DNA from: Catajapyx aquilonaris
Taxonomy: Eukaryota
Length of the DNA stretch: 63,826 bases
Direction of reading: 5' to 3'
Assembly: GCA_000934665.2 (NCBI GenBank)
Contig: JYFJ02002056.1
Location: 1 to 63,826, forward strand
Part shown: positions 1-11,700 of the stretch, piece after piece
Position numbering within the stretch: position 1 is the first letter of the stretch
Layout: every line of letters starts with the position of its first letter
Position numbers and translations under genes: made by a program
The notes under the pieces: generated by a model
The model's input: only the letters and a program-made list of their open reading frames with translations
The model's database searches: none
What the model was told of the DNA's origin: nothing

Positions 1-98
1 ATGTAAATTCTTGTTCTTGATTAGCCTTTGAATAATTGTGGATGATGAGATACATTGGCGCGGGGCCTTTATGGTCGGGTCGCCGTAACTCTGACACA
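1..98 (-). repeat. End of a young interspersed element; exact inverted copy of 63475-63572
   Basis: Reverse complement of 1-98 (TGTGTCAGAGTTACGGCGACCCGACCATAAAGGCCCCGCG...AAGAATTTACAT) matches 63475-63572 base for base by eye; a diverged third copy starts at 37670. Confidence 0.85.
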
Positions 99-160
99 GT
101 ACCCATATGTCTGAGCAAGGGTCTCGTTTTGTTCGTCCCTTCGACGCTTGGTTGCATAAC

Positions 161-1190
161 TACAGGGTGAGAAAGGTGCGGATTTTTGCGAATTTTTCCT
201 CCGTAGGCCATCGGTTGGAGGGATATAACTTCGTAACATTGTAACATATCCAAAATGTGATTTAATAATGGTTTGGGGCGCTAATTTAACACCCTTTCAG
301 ATGGTAGGAAATGCGTTTGTGAATATTCGAAATTTCGAATTAAAAATGGCATCCTAAACATTGATTTCTTTCTTTCTCAGAAAACGGCATTTAAAATAAT
401 TGAATTGCACTTAAAATGAAGCCTACATTGGTTAATTGACATTTCCGCAAAAAAACGAGAGTAGTCTTGTGAAATTTGCTAGCCATAAAAACATTGGAAT
501 TTTCCCCGAGAAAAGTGGAATAATAAATTGAGATATTTTCATTTTACACTCATAATAGCCATAATAAATTTTTATTAATAGTGTATTAGTGTAGAGGTTA
601 TAATCACTTACTCGATCACTGAAAGAATATAATGTCATTACCTGCACAATGATGAAGTCAAAGTAAAAAAGGAACGGGTGGAATTTTTTTTGCTATTAGA
701 GTTGGTGCCGAACACAGAATTTCCAATTATTTTTGCTTTTAACATTAAAAACCGCATTTAGTAACTCCATATTATTAAGCAAAAAATTTAAGAGATTTTA
801 CTTATGTCCTGGTAAAACCAGTTTGCAAGAGGATGCTACATGGAAAACACGAGTTTAATGTAAATTATGCAGTTTTAAATGTAAACGTCATCTGTTTAGC
901 AATTCAGAGTAGTCCAGCACGAAGTAAAATTCTCGGATACGCGGGGAAAAAGAGCATAGGTCAAAAAAATTATTATTATTTAGTGTGATCCCAGATGTTC
1001 CAATTAGTAATTCCCCACTGAAGATCTCCTCCTTCTACCTCTCTCAACTCCGTGAGAAAACGAAGGCCTTTTTTTCATTTCTAGCATATGCACACAAAAT
1101 AAAATAAAGTCAGACCCGTCACCTCTAAACTTCACGACCTAAAGTATTTAAGTACGACAAGTAGTGTGCCTCTTGACCTCTCTAAATATT
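161..1190. mobile_element. Possible non-autonomous DNA-transposon remnant
   Basis: Starts TA-CAGGGTG like Tc1/mariner-type termini, followed by AT-rich non-coding sequence; no matching right terminus found and the right boundary is a guess. Confidence 0.25.
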
Positions 1191-1614
1191 ATAGTATGAA
1201 TATATTTCTGTGATGGCAAGGTCACACATAATACTGTGATATTTTGATGTTGATTCTTCTTTCAATTTTTTATTAAATAAATATTCAAGCTGAAAACTGT
1301 CGTAATGAATTAGAATCAATATCCAAGTTTGAAGCCTGTTAATATTTTTAATGAGCATTATACACTCATTATACTAATATAATATGGTAACTAATATCAA
1401 ATGACATTTTGAGAAAAGTCACACTGAGAATAATGCAAGATATATATCTTAGAACCTATTTGTAGAACACTGTTATTTTTCTAGTAGAAACCTAACTCGG
1501 CCATAAAAATATTGTGTGAATGGCTACTTATTATGGCTAGTATACATCAGTCTATCTTTTTATCCTAATTGACTCTTGATCATTCTACAGATATATACAG
1601 ACGTAAATTATATT

Positions 1615-3554
1615 CTACACGACATTGAGCCCAAAAAGCCCTGCCATTGTCATCAGTGTCACTCCCACCACCACTTTCATAACACCAGGATCACTGAACG
1701 ACGACTGCACAAATTTACATACACCATCTCCTATCAATTCTGTCTTGATCCAAGAATCTCGGTGGGAAGTCTTGAGTCGCGTGAAGACCTTGAAGGCCTC
1801 TTCTCCTCTTATCACGCCCATTTCGCTCGGAAGTGCGGAATCCTTTGCTTCTCCTGTTGGAGCACAAATATCGTGAGAACTAACCGTAATAATTTTCCTC
1901 TAAAAAACTATACCTGTGTCCATAAATCGTATCGTGTCCGACGGAATTCCTTGCATCATTCTGACACGTGGTATCCGCTTATTGGTGAACGCGTAAGTCA
2001 CCGTCGGACGCAGCATCTTGTAATCGCCCCAGGTGGACTCTGCTGCTTTCTGCCTGCAAGTCCATATCAAAATTAGGCTTATTACTAACCAAGTTCGTGT
2101 CAATTAGACTCTTACAATGTCTTGCCGATCACAAACATTGCGTCGTATAAATGGAGCACTGTCGAGATCGGCAGTATAGGCCCTGAGAAATCTTGAGTCA
2201 AAAGCGGATCACCTATAGGGACATCAGCCACAACAGTCAGTGCAATTTGTCTGCTATTGTCGTCCACATCTCCGCCAATGACAATCCGCCCTTTGGTGGA
2301 CAGCAGAAGATTCTTCAGATGGCTACAATTTTAGAGAGGGTGTTTAATTACCAGCTTAATTGCAGATCAAATCATATCACCTACGTAAACTGCTCCACCG
2401 AATGTGTGTGGAGAAAACGCGGTTTGGCAGAGCACATTTCCTTCATGCTGGCAACAATTTCGTCCCGCAATATGGAAGTACACAACACATAGTCTGGAGC
2501 TGTAATGGGATACTTCAAATCCAGCAGCTTCTTCTGTAGGATGAACTTGGCGGCTGCCTGGACATCACAAGATTCGTCCATGAAAACAGGGCTGAAGAGG
2601 ACAAAGGACACGTTCGACTTCGTTCACATTGCGTCGTCTATTAGAGTAGTTCAAACTTACTTCTTTCCTCTGATATAACCAGTCACCGGCACACAGTTTT
2701 TGTAAGCCGCCTCGTAAACCTTCAGACTCAGCTTCTCCCTACCCATGTACACGACGTGACCGTAGCCGAATGTCAAAAGCTTGTCCAGAAGTGATTCGTC
2801 GCCATGGACGACGTGAAAACAATTCTGAAATCAAATAAATTAAGTCCACAAATAATTATGGGCGTACCAAGTGCTCACCTCATCAAGATACTTGGGAATT
2901 AATTCGGCAAACTTCGTTGAGGAAAGTGGAGTGACCTGCGAGGGTTTGACAATGACTGTGTTCCCTGCAGCAATGGCGGCAGGAAGAGGCAAGAGGGACA
3001 GGTACAAAGGATAACAATCGTCTGCTACGATCAACACCACTCCTACAGCTTCCCGCTTTTGGGTGACCATATTGTTGGAAAACATGCTTCCTGAGATGTT
3101 TTCAGTCCTGGTCCATTTGTCGATGTGACTGATGCTGTGATTAATTTCGGCGATCAGGTAGTCGATATCCTTCAAGTCTTCCTTCTGCGAACAGTTGCAA
3201 TAAAGCAAAAAGTGTCGTTTTGTGAGTTTCACCAGGTCTATTATTTTTAAGGGCAACGCAGGGTTACTTTCTAGTGCCCCATGCAATGTGTGAATTATTT
3301 GTACATGTTGGTGCGCACTTACCGCTTGATAGTCACGCTGAAGGCAATCCATCAGAACGTCTTTGTTTTCGCGGAGGAGTTGCAGCAATTTTGTCAGCTG
3401 AACGCGACGAAATGTAGGATCATGCAGATTCATAAAATTTACTTTACGACGAGCCGCTTCCACAGCCTTCAAATAATACAAATATCCCATTACTGTCTTA
3501 AAATGCCCTATTGCGCTGTAAACCATGTGTTCTTACCTGTACTGCCGAATCCAT
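1615..3554 (-). CDS. ALDH3/fatty aldehyde dehydrogenase-like protein, ~474 aa, C-terminal membrane anchor, catalytic motifs degenerate (paralogue A)
   Basis: Exons read with GT-AG signals: 3554-3537, 3466-3323, 3184-2879, 2824-2661, 2591-2385, 2322-2116, 2053-1914, 1853-1615 (1425 nt, open frame). ALDH3 landmarks: GVVLIV..YPL, AAIAAGNTVIVKPSQ, APDYVLC, GGDVD, GPILPI; hydrophobic tail VVVGVTLMTMAGLFGLNVV. Confidence 0.85.
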
Positions 3555-3705
3555 GGCTGAAATACGTAGTTTCTCTCCGAGTAATGTCAGTAATGTCGTT
3601 CTCATCCTGTACATCCCATTTCTTATATACACCACTTTAATAGTAACCTGTACATATTAACCGGTTTGTTATATATATGTTCACACGAAGCTTCTTCAGA
3701 TATAC

Positions 3706-4415
3706 CAGGGTGTTCCCCTTAAGCATAATAAAAGAAAAAACTGTACCTTACTAAGTACTGGTTGTAATGACAGATGGTGTGTGCCAGTGCCAAGGACAGA
3801 TCTGATAGTTTTTTTTATGTGGTTAATACATTTCCACATGAACTACATTGGTAGTGCTGCAAATGCCCAATCAGAAGCATATTGCCAAACCCCAACATGT
3901 ACCAACATAACCTAACCTTACCTTCCCTCATTGCGGATACACGCCTATCCTCAGCGGATATACAGCTAATATAGATGGCCGGTTGAGGGGAGACCACTTG
4001 GGGTTTGCCTATACGCCAATCGGAAGTCTGCCTCAACCCACATGTTGAGATGCATTTATGGTGTCATTTTTAATAAATATCAGCGCAAATTCTGTCGCCC
4101 AATTCTTCCATATTACACACTTGTAGAGTACACTGTTGCTTCAACAAACCCCAACAGGAAAAAAGTCAGGTGGAGTCAGGTCTGCTAATCTGGGGCTCCG
4201 AGAGAAGAAAAAGGGACCTACCCTTTTTCCCTTCATAATCCTACACCAATAGTTGGATTTTGGAGAAACCCATTCATATAAACACAGTGTATTAAATGTG
4301 TCATAACAAAATCCAATCTGCTCTTTGCATTGGCACATACCTTCTGTCATTACAACTAGTACCGTACTTTGTAAGTTATGAATTTTTCTTTTATTATACT
4401 TTTAAGGGGAACGCC
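3706..4415 (-). mobile_element. Internally deleted Tc1/mariner-superfamily element with ~95-bp imperfect TIRs
   Basis: Left CAGGGTGTTCCCCTTAAG..GTTGTAATGACAGATGG..CAGAT (3706-3800) is the inverted counterpart of 4317-4415; minus-strand peptide relic WCRIMKGKRVGPFFF / SPRLADLTPPDFF resembles the transposase motifs W..I..GPFFF and PRSPDLTPLDFF. Confidence 0.75.
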
Positions 4416-4622
4416 AAAATCTGCGATGAGAATAGCTCAGCCATGAAAAAATAAAGCAAAAATTATGCAGCTCAGGCAACATCTCAACCGTGCAAATTGA
4501 TATAATACTGTACACAGTGAGAAAATTGAGTAACAGACCTCTGTAAATCCCCTTCAGCAGATTCTGAGATAATATGTTATGTAAGTTGGGTATGCCTGTA
4601 CTTGGAAATGCAAATCTGTTAC

Positions 4623-4903
4623 CCCTGGAACCGTGCCGCGGAGTCCTTTTGGACTCCAAGGAAAAAAATGCATTAAAATTATCATTACAATGAAATTTTG
4701 CCATTTTCTACAGTATATAACAGGAAGTGCAGGTTTATTTTGAATTAGCGATCATTTTAGCCATTGTTCAAAGAATGATTGTATATAGTCAGTACATTGA
4801 AAAGTATTATGTAATAATTAATAAAAATAAAAATATGGTGGGGTCCGAAAAGACCCCACGGCACAGTTGCCGTAATACTCGTAGGCACGGCACGGTTCCA
4901 GGG
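4623..4903. mobile_element. piggyBac-like MITE
   Basis: TIR CCCTGGAACCGTGCCG ... CGGCACGGTTCCAGGG; flanked by TTAC (left, mutated) and TTAA (right); subterminal GGGTCCGAAAAGACCCC / GGAGTCCTTTTGGACTCC palindromes. Confidence 0.75.
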
Positions 4904-5651
4904 TTAATATAACTATCACATTTGGAAGCTTGACCTACAGCATTACGTGATCAGAATGCATATAACATGCCGGCCTTATAAATTGGTACCGGTACTTTTA
5001 AGCTAGTTACCCAATAGTTGAAATATTAAATAAAATCATTGCTAATTACAAAGGTTTGTCTGAAGTGATTTTTCATGAAGCTGTTGTATAATATTATACA
5101 TTTATTGTAGTGGAACTCAACTATTTGACTGTAGCCTACCTAGTTGTGGTACTTACACTGACAAGTCAGTACTTTTATACTTAGTCGGAAATTGTTAATA
5201 TTTACCTATAATAATTAACAATAGTTAATTTTACATGTAGTTACCTCGACAGTGACGAAGTCAAAATTTAAAAAAAGCAATAAGCAAAATATTTAGCATT
5301 TAATTTTAGCCAATGCCGATCTACATTGACGTCATTTTAATTTCAATTGAAGGAAATTTGCTACTTAATTTTCTCTCTTTACATGAAAGTCAACATTTCC
5401 CTTGTAATATCCGCATATTGTGCGAAATATTTAAGCGTGTTTTTATTTATTTAAACTTTAATTACTTAAAAATAAGCGGATTCGCATTCGCGAAGGCCAT
5501 GAGAAAATTCAGTGCACAACCTGCGACGTGTGGTCCAGGTCTTGATATATTTGATATGCATGTAACCACCTCTTTCGGTGAAGGCCACGAGAAAATTCAG
5601 GGCCATATAAGACTGTAGCTTCATCTAGTTTACTTGCAAGGTCGCGGGTGG

Positions 5652-5751
5652 CATATGAAGGGCTCGGGAGAAAAAACATACTGGCCACTGGAGAAACTAC
5701 TGTAGTATCTCCACTGGAGGTCAACATGTTTTCTTCCGAGCCCTTCATATG
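5652..5751. repeat. Inverted repeat, probable MITE remnant
   Basis: CATATGAAGGGCTCGGGAGAAAAAACAT pairs with ATGTTTTCTTCCGAGCCCTTCATATG; CACTGGAG repeated internally and at 5881. Confidence 0.55.
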
Positions 5752-6120
5752 ATTTCGTAACAGCAAAAATTCATTGGTTGTTTATAATGTTTCACTCAAG
5801 TGATCGAGTGATTTTCACTCTGATTACTTATAAATAATAAAAACACGCAATAAACCTATCAGAAATAGTACGGTATTTTTCACTGGAGGGCAGGTTGTTC
5901 ATACATGTGAATACTCCTCTTCATACCAACGTCACTTTCCCATTGCTTTCATGGGAAACTGCATGTTCATACCGATGTTTTGCATACATCATGTGTCACG
6001 TTATGAAGAATTATATCTTTCTAATATGCAAATGCGATGAGCCATATTGCACCACACGGTACCCACACATGAAAAAGTCAGTCTGAAATACAAGAATATT
6101 TCGATATAACGTTGCAGAAC

Positions 6121-8406
6121 ATGGAGCTGAATGTAGCCGAGGTAAGATAAGCAACAGAATGATAACTATTAATAAGGGCCGGTTTCACCGCTCGGTGAAA
6201 CCGGCCATAAGTAGCACTAATATAAAATTGCAGAAAATATCCAGGGCAAGACGTGCATACCAATCGTTCAAAATAACGACACCATTTCGACTCCAGCAAT
6301 TATATAATCTGCAAAGGATGTGCCAGGACAATTACGACTCAATTTTGTCATGTCTTCGAAAGGACCTGAACACTGTAAGAGTCACACGATGTACATTGTG
6401 CAAAATATCAAACCGGTTTTTATCGCCAGGTTCATCCCTTCCACGACATTGATTATGTCATCAGAGAGGTGGATTCATGCATCAAATGTGTCAAGACCTG
6501 GACCACGGTACAGGTTGTGTCCAACTGCATGCTGACCTCTGAGAGACGCACAGTGTGCCCTAAGAGCTTGGGAATAGTCCTTATTGTTGCGGACTATGAT
6601 TACCCACTATACTTAGTGCTGGTGTCACTATCTGCCGCTATTGCTGCCGGAAACTCTGTCATCATCAGGCCTTCAGAAGTGACACCTTCAGCTAACCATG
6701 CAGTTGCACAGCTCTTTTCCACGTACTTAGACCAGGTAAACTCATTTTTGCACTAATATAGAAGCATTGAAAGGATGATCTTTCCTACGCGACGAAGTGG
6801 CAGGAGTAGCTTCCGAATGGGCTTGGCAAAACCCCATCCCGGACTCCTGACACTTCGTCAAGTAGGAAAGATCAGCTGATATGAGTGTACTGTAGGACTG
6901 CTATCACATGTGCCTCGGTGATCATATGCTGGACCAACTTCTGATGCACCGATTCGACCACATATGTTACATGGGGCTGAAGGAAACTGCTCAGAAGGTC
7001 CACTCTTCTGTCAACCGACATCTGACATCAACCACATTCATGATCAGTGGCAAAATGTACGTTGTGCTCTGTACCAGGGAGCATATATATACTACATAAG
7101 AGGTGCAAACATTCGATTTCCGCGTCTCTCTGTTTGGGGGCGTTGGGGCTGGCGGCCATTTTGAAGTGTGGGGAACGCCAACGAGGTATAAATAGGGTAC
7201 AGGCAAAAATAGGGTCCGCCATCTTTGATTCCCCCGTGTTCTTGCCATGTAGTTGCCATGGCCGCCAAAACCATCAAAGATGGCGGACCATATTTTTGCC
7301 TGTACCCTGTTTATACCTCGTTGGCGTTCCCCACACTTCAAAATGGCCGCCAGCCTTGGCAACGGCCCCAAACAGAGAGACGCGAACATCAAAGGCGCCG
7401 ACAGAAGTTTGCGCCTCTTCTGTAGTATATGCTCCCTGTCTGTACTGTATATTTGCAATAATTCTGATCATCCCATGTTTCAGTCCGGTGTACCTGGACA
7501 GCACAGTCGATTTGGAAGACACGGCGAGGAGCATTTTTGAGGCTAAATTTTGCACTGATTATTCATACATGGCGCCGGATTTTGTGCTGTGCAACAATGA
7601 GGTGAGAAACAGCCTTGTTGATGTGGCGCCCAAAATTTTGGCGCAAGTTTGTGGAGCCGAGTCACGTCGGATGTACAGCCAAGTGAAGTTCAGGTATGTT
7701 GAGCCAACAAATATTAGGACAAATTATCACTGAATGTTCCGCAGACGTTTCAAGGAGCTTCTGCAATCAACCAAAGGAAAAGTTGTGGTAGGTGGAGATG
7801 TTGATGACTCAAACAAGAGTGTGTCTCCGGCTATTGTGATCGGCGTTGACCCAAATGACGTTCTGATAGTTGGAGACGAAAAATGCGGGCCGATACTTCC
7901 CATTGTTACAGCAATCACATCTTACGACGCAATTCATTTCATTCTGAAAAAGTAAGCAATTTTGCTCGACCTTTTACTCCAATCATGACCAACTACTTAT
8001 GATTTTTGTAGCACACCTAACCCTTTGGTGGCGTATGTCTTCAGCAATCAGCGATTGGTTCAGGTACACATGATGCAAGGAATATGTTGCGGAACAATGC
8101 TCATCAATACCACTGTACCTAGTTTTCGTAAGTGTCATCTGAAGTCACACTAACAATACTCGCTTCATTTAAAAAACAATTTTTTTTACAGAAGGAAAGC
8201 CAGTGCCATTAGCAGGCGTGGGAACAAGCGGATATGGAGCAATCAATGGAAAATTCGCCTTCGAAAATTTCACACATCAAAAATCTACTGTTCGATACCC
8301 AACAATGCAGACAACAATCAAACGTCACCATGAGTTACTCCTGCCCATGAGCATAATTATATTCACAATGCTAATAGGTGTAATTATTAGTTACCTTTTT
8401 ATGTAG
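6121..8406 (+). CDS. ALDH3/fatty aldehyde dehydrogenase-like protein, ~458 aa, C-terminal membrane anchor, catalytic motifs degenerate (paralogue B)
   Basis: Exons 6121-6141, 6234-6374, 6430-6735, 6896-7056, 7484-7693, 7745-7951, 8012-8127, 8192-8406 (1377 nt, open frame); same intron positions and phases as paralogue A. Motifs AAIAAGNSVIIRPSE, RFDHI, APDFVLC, GPILPI, PLAGVGTSGYG, FENFTHQKS; hydrophobic tail; AATAAA near 8447 and 8485. Confidence 0.88.
6177..6206. repeat. Perfect 14-bp inverted repeat in intron 1, flanked by ATAAG direct repeats
   Basis: GGCCGGTTTCACCG-CT-CGGTGAAACCGGCC with ATAAG at 6172-6176 and 6207-6211. Confidence 0.8.
6776..6874. repeat. Intronic hairpin with 32-bp arms (intron 3 of paralogue B)
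   Basis: 6776-6807 TGATCTTTCCTACGCGACGAAGTGGCAGGAGT vs reverse complement of 6843-6874; 3 mismatches. Confidence 0.8.
7075..7438. mobile_element. Fold-back MITE (~364 bp, arms ~155 bp) with 7-bp TSD in intron 4 of paralogue B
   Basis: Termini CAGGGAGCATATA...TATATGCTCCCTG; long near-identical arms; TCTGTAC at 7068-7074 and 7439-7445; removing it restores a ~56-nt intron. Confidence 0.9.
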
Positions 8407-8793
8407 GCTTGAGCCACATGGGTTTCACACCTGTTGCATGTTCATCAATAAAGGAAAGCCCTTGGGTTCACGGATAGTTTGATCAATAAAGGTTGTTGCT
8501 ATGCTCAATCCCTTGCAATTGAACACTTTCAGGGCAGCAAATCAGCAGGAATAGAGCCGCAAAGGTAAGCTCGTATAGACCAAAATATCATGAAAATAAC
8601 ACATATTGTTGTAACATATGTGGTAAAATTCCACAGGAACTTGTTTACAAATAAGCAACAATCATTACAATGAATGCGCTGCTTATTTGTCAAAATTTAG
8701 TGTTTACGAGCGTGTCTATGACTACGTCTCATAGTTGCTTCTAGTTCCCTTCTCTGGAGTGAAAAGGAAGCTACTTTACAACCGCAGAAAATC

Positions 8794-11700
8794 ATGGAAA
8801 AGAAGTCCGTAAAGAAGAGATCAGCATGGCTGCCCCCAGTGAGCAAGTCCTTCCACGAGAGGCTCGTGTGCAGGAATCCAGCCCCTGCAGAGTAAGTACA
8901 CTAGTTCATGACTCGCAAATAGATTACTTATGACTCATTGTGTACAGACCGAAGCGACTCAAGACAGAAGATCCGCCAATGAAACTCGTGACTCAGCTGG
9001 CCATGAGGAAGGCCATGCACAATCGGAAAGTGTACGATCCTCTGGTAAGTTCATCTCTTCATGATTTATAGTGGCAATCGCTTAACTAATGTCGAATGCG
9101 GCTTCAGCATGGATTCAAAGGATGTCAGGAGCACAGATTGGGCCAGTTTCCACAAGTGGACCAAGGAGAGATGTTTCCTGTTATAGACACTGGGGGTTAG
9201 TAGCTGATACATTTGACCATACGTTTGGATTGATGACCTTTTGTTGTACAGGAAAGAAAAGAGGTGTGAGCAGAGGTCCAATGTACGTTGAGGATACGAT
9301 CCATAAGGATGGGGTCATCGAAGGATTAGAACTGTACAAACTCCTGGAGTCTCTGGAATCGAATCCAAAGGAAAACTTCATTTACCTGCAACATGCTCTA
9401 GCCCCATGGGACGTCAAGCATCATCCCTACACCTTAAAGTGAGTATAATAGTGTGATACAATCATTACCATCTCTCCATATGCTCAACCCACAGGATAAT
9501 GCCGTACCATACCCTGGACAAGGATCACTACTTGACCTTCAGCAAAAATGGAGTGAGTCACTTCTGGAACCAGGAGGCCGATTTTACACCACTGAGGGAG
9601 TGGATGGACGGCTGCAAACTTTTCTACAAACTACAGAAGGTAAGATCGCTTCATTGAGAGTGGTATATATTGTCACGTATTGTTGCCTGGACAGATCAAC
9701 ACCATAGGACAGTTCCGAAAGTGGAAGGCTGTCAGGCTATGGCGACAAAGTGTGAGGAGAAGTAAGTTCCTGAAGAGCCGAAAGTACATTGCTGAAAACC
9801 TATTCATACTCACGGCTCCTCTGCAGAAGGCTCTTCTCACTATGCAAGAAATATTTCTCAAGGTTTGTTCTGGCAGCGAATGTCTGACCACACTTTGCTA
9901 AGCTTCTTTTTTATTCAAGATGGCGAAGACTCCGCTGATTGACGTGACCGATCCGAACATGATCACACTGGACGAGTTTGTCGATCGGCAGAAGGAGTAT
10001 GTCGAAAAGATGAGGGAGTATCTGGAGGAGGTGAGGAACCTTCTGGTGGACATCACGGGCGAGGCACTGCTCACAGCCTTTGACGACAAAGGATATGTTC
10101 TGGATGACTCAGCCGCTTACGAGAAACTCATAGCCAGATGTGAGCACACTCCGCGAAATGCTGTTGTCACATTTAAGTCCATTCTGTTCCTCACCTTTTC
10201 AGATCAAAGCATGGCCATCGCCTGGGAGCTGAACCCCGATCTGCCCTTTCACATGACCTACGCTGCGCAGGCGGCCAAGAGGTCATACTGCACTCGAATG
10301 GCGAGGTCAGGCTGACTTCACAACTTCATCTGCAACACTTGACACTTCATCTACAACACTTCTCGTGGTTTTTCTCCTACAGGTTCATCATGCTGGTTGA
10401 CTACAAGTACAACTGCGCGATGCACCGGATGATCCGCAACTCCATCAGAGTCACCCTCTTCCACATGCACGACAAGCTGCACACCGCACCTGAGGAGTAC
10501 CTCGACTGCGAGGAGGTAGCGGCTGTTGACGAGATGGTCGAACCCATCAGGAACTTATACATCGCCTATGTAAGAACATTTTTAGCCTGGTATTTTCTGT
10601 TATTTTATACGACTGTGTGTATGTGCAGGAAGGTGAATTTGAGTCAACCGAGGCCAACTCCTTGTGCGGGTTGTGGGCCACCACCATAGTCGTCCAGGAG
10701 GGACCCATCTCCATCGAGCCTTCCCTGAGCGACTTCGAGGACAAGCTCAACGACGTGTTCGACTCATGGGTCAACCTGATCAACTCCTCCTCGCACATAT
10801 GCACCGACTCTGAATTTGATCTATACGCAAAGTGAGTAAATGTCCCCAAGCGGAGTTTGAGTCATCTCTGACTCCGTCTCTGGTGGGACATCCATCAGAC
10901 TAACCATTCAGGGGAGGACTCATAAATTATGTTTGTTTTGTGAGTTTCCCCAGGGGTTGTGAGTCTGACGGACGTCCCACCCGAGACGAAGCCTGAGATG
11001 ACCCAACTCCGTACTAGCTGAAAGGGGCCATCTCCGTCTCCGTCTCGAGTGGGATATCCGTCAGACTAACCACCCCGGGGTCATCATGTCATTTCAGCCC
11101 CATAATAAACGGTTCGGCCGAAGACGGAGAGCCCTTCGAGGCTCCAGAGATGGGGGAGGTGATGGACGAGGACGAAGAGATGAAGGACTGGGCCGACGCC
11201 GCGTTTCACGTCATGCAGACAGCGTACGCCCTGGCTTGCGTGTACGTGGACAAGTTCGAGCCCCTTCGGATCTTCTGGGACCACAACGAGTCCGTGGAGA
11301 AGGCCTTGCTCCCGGAAATCGCAGGTGAGTCTGCTTTGCAAGCGATGTTGACCTCGTATGGTGCACTGAACGATCCTTGCAGATGTACCGGTGTACCGCA
11401 AGTACCTACTGATGTTCAACAAGCAGTCCCACACCATATCGCAGATCAGCGACAAGTTCGCGCTGGGCATCATAATCCTGAGCAACACCAAGTTCAAGAG
11501 CGACATCATCCCTTCGCCCGAGAGCTGCATCGAGATCCTCCACGAAGTCTGTCCCGCGTGAGTGTATACGGAGTACGGGCAGTCGCTCTAGGCTTGAAAC
11601 TAATCCGGACATTTCCAGGTTGACCCGAATGACCCTGGACAAGCTGATCGAGGAGGCCAAGGAAGCTCAGAACTGGCTGGCGATGGAGCCGGTCACCAGC

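Noticed and set aside
6991..7733. Mirror-image ORFs sharing LAAILKCGERQRGINRVQAKI on both strands
   Set aside because: Artefact of the palindromic MITE in intron 4.
8491..8510. RFX X-box upstream of dynein (GTTGCTATGCTCAA)
   Set aside because: Only one half-site fits the consensus; too weak to call.
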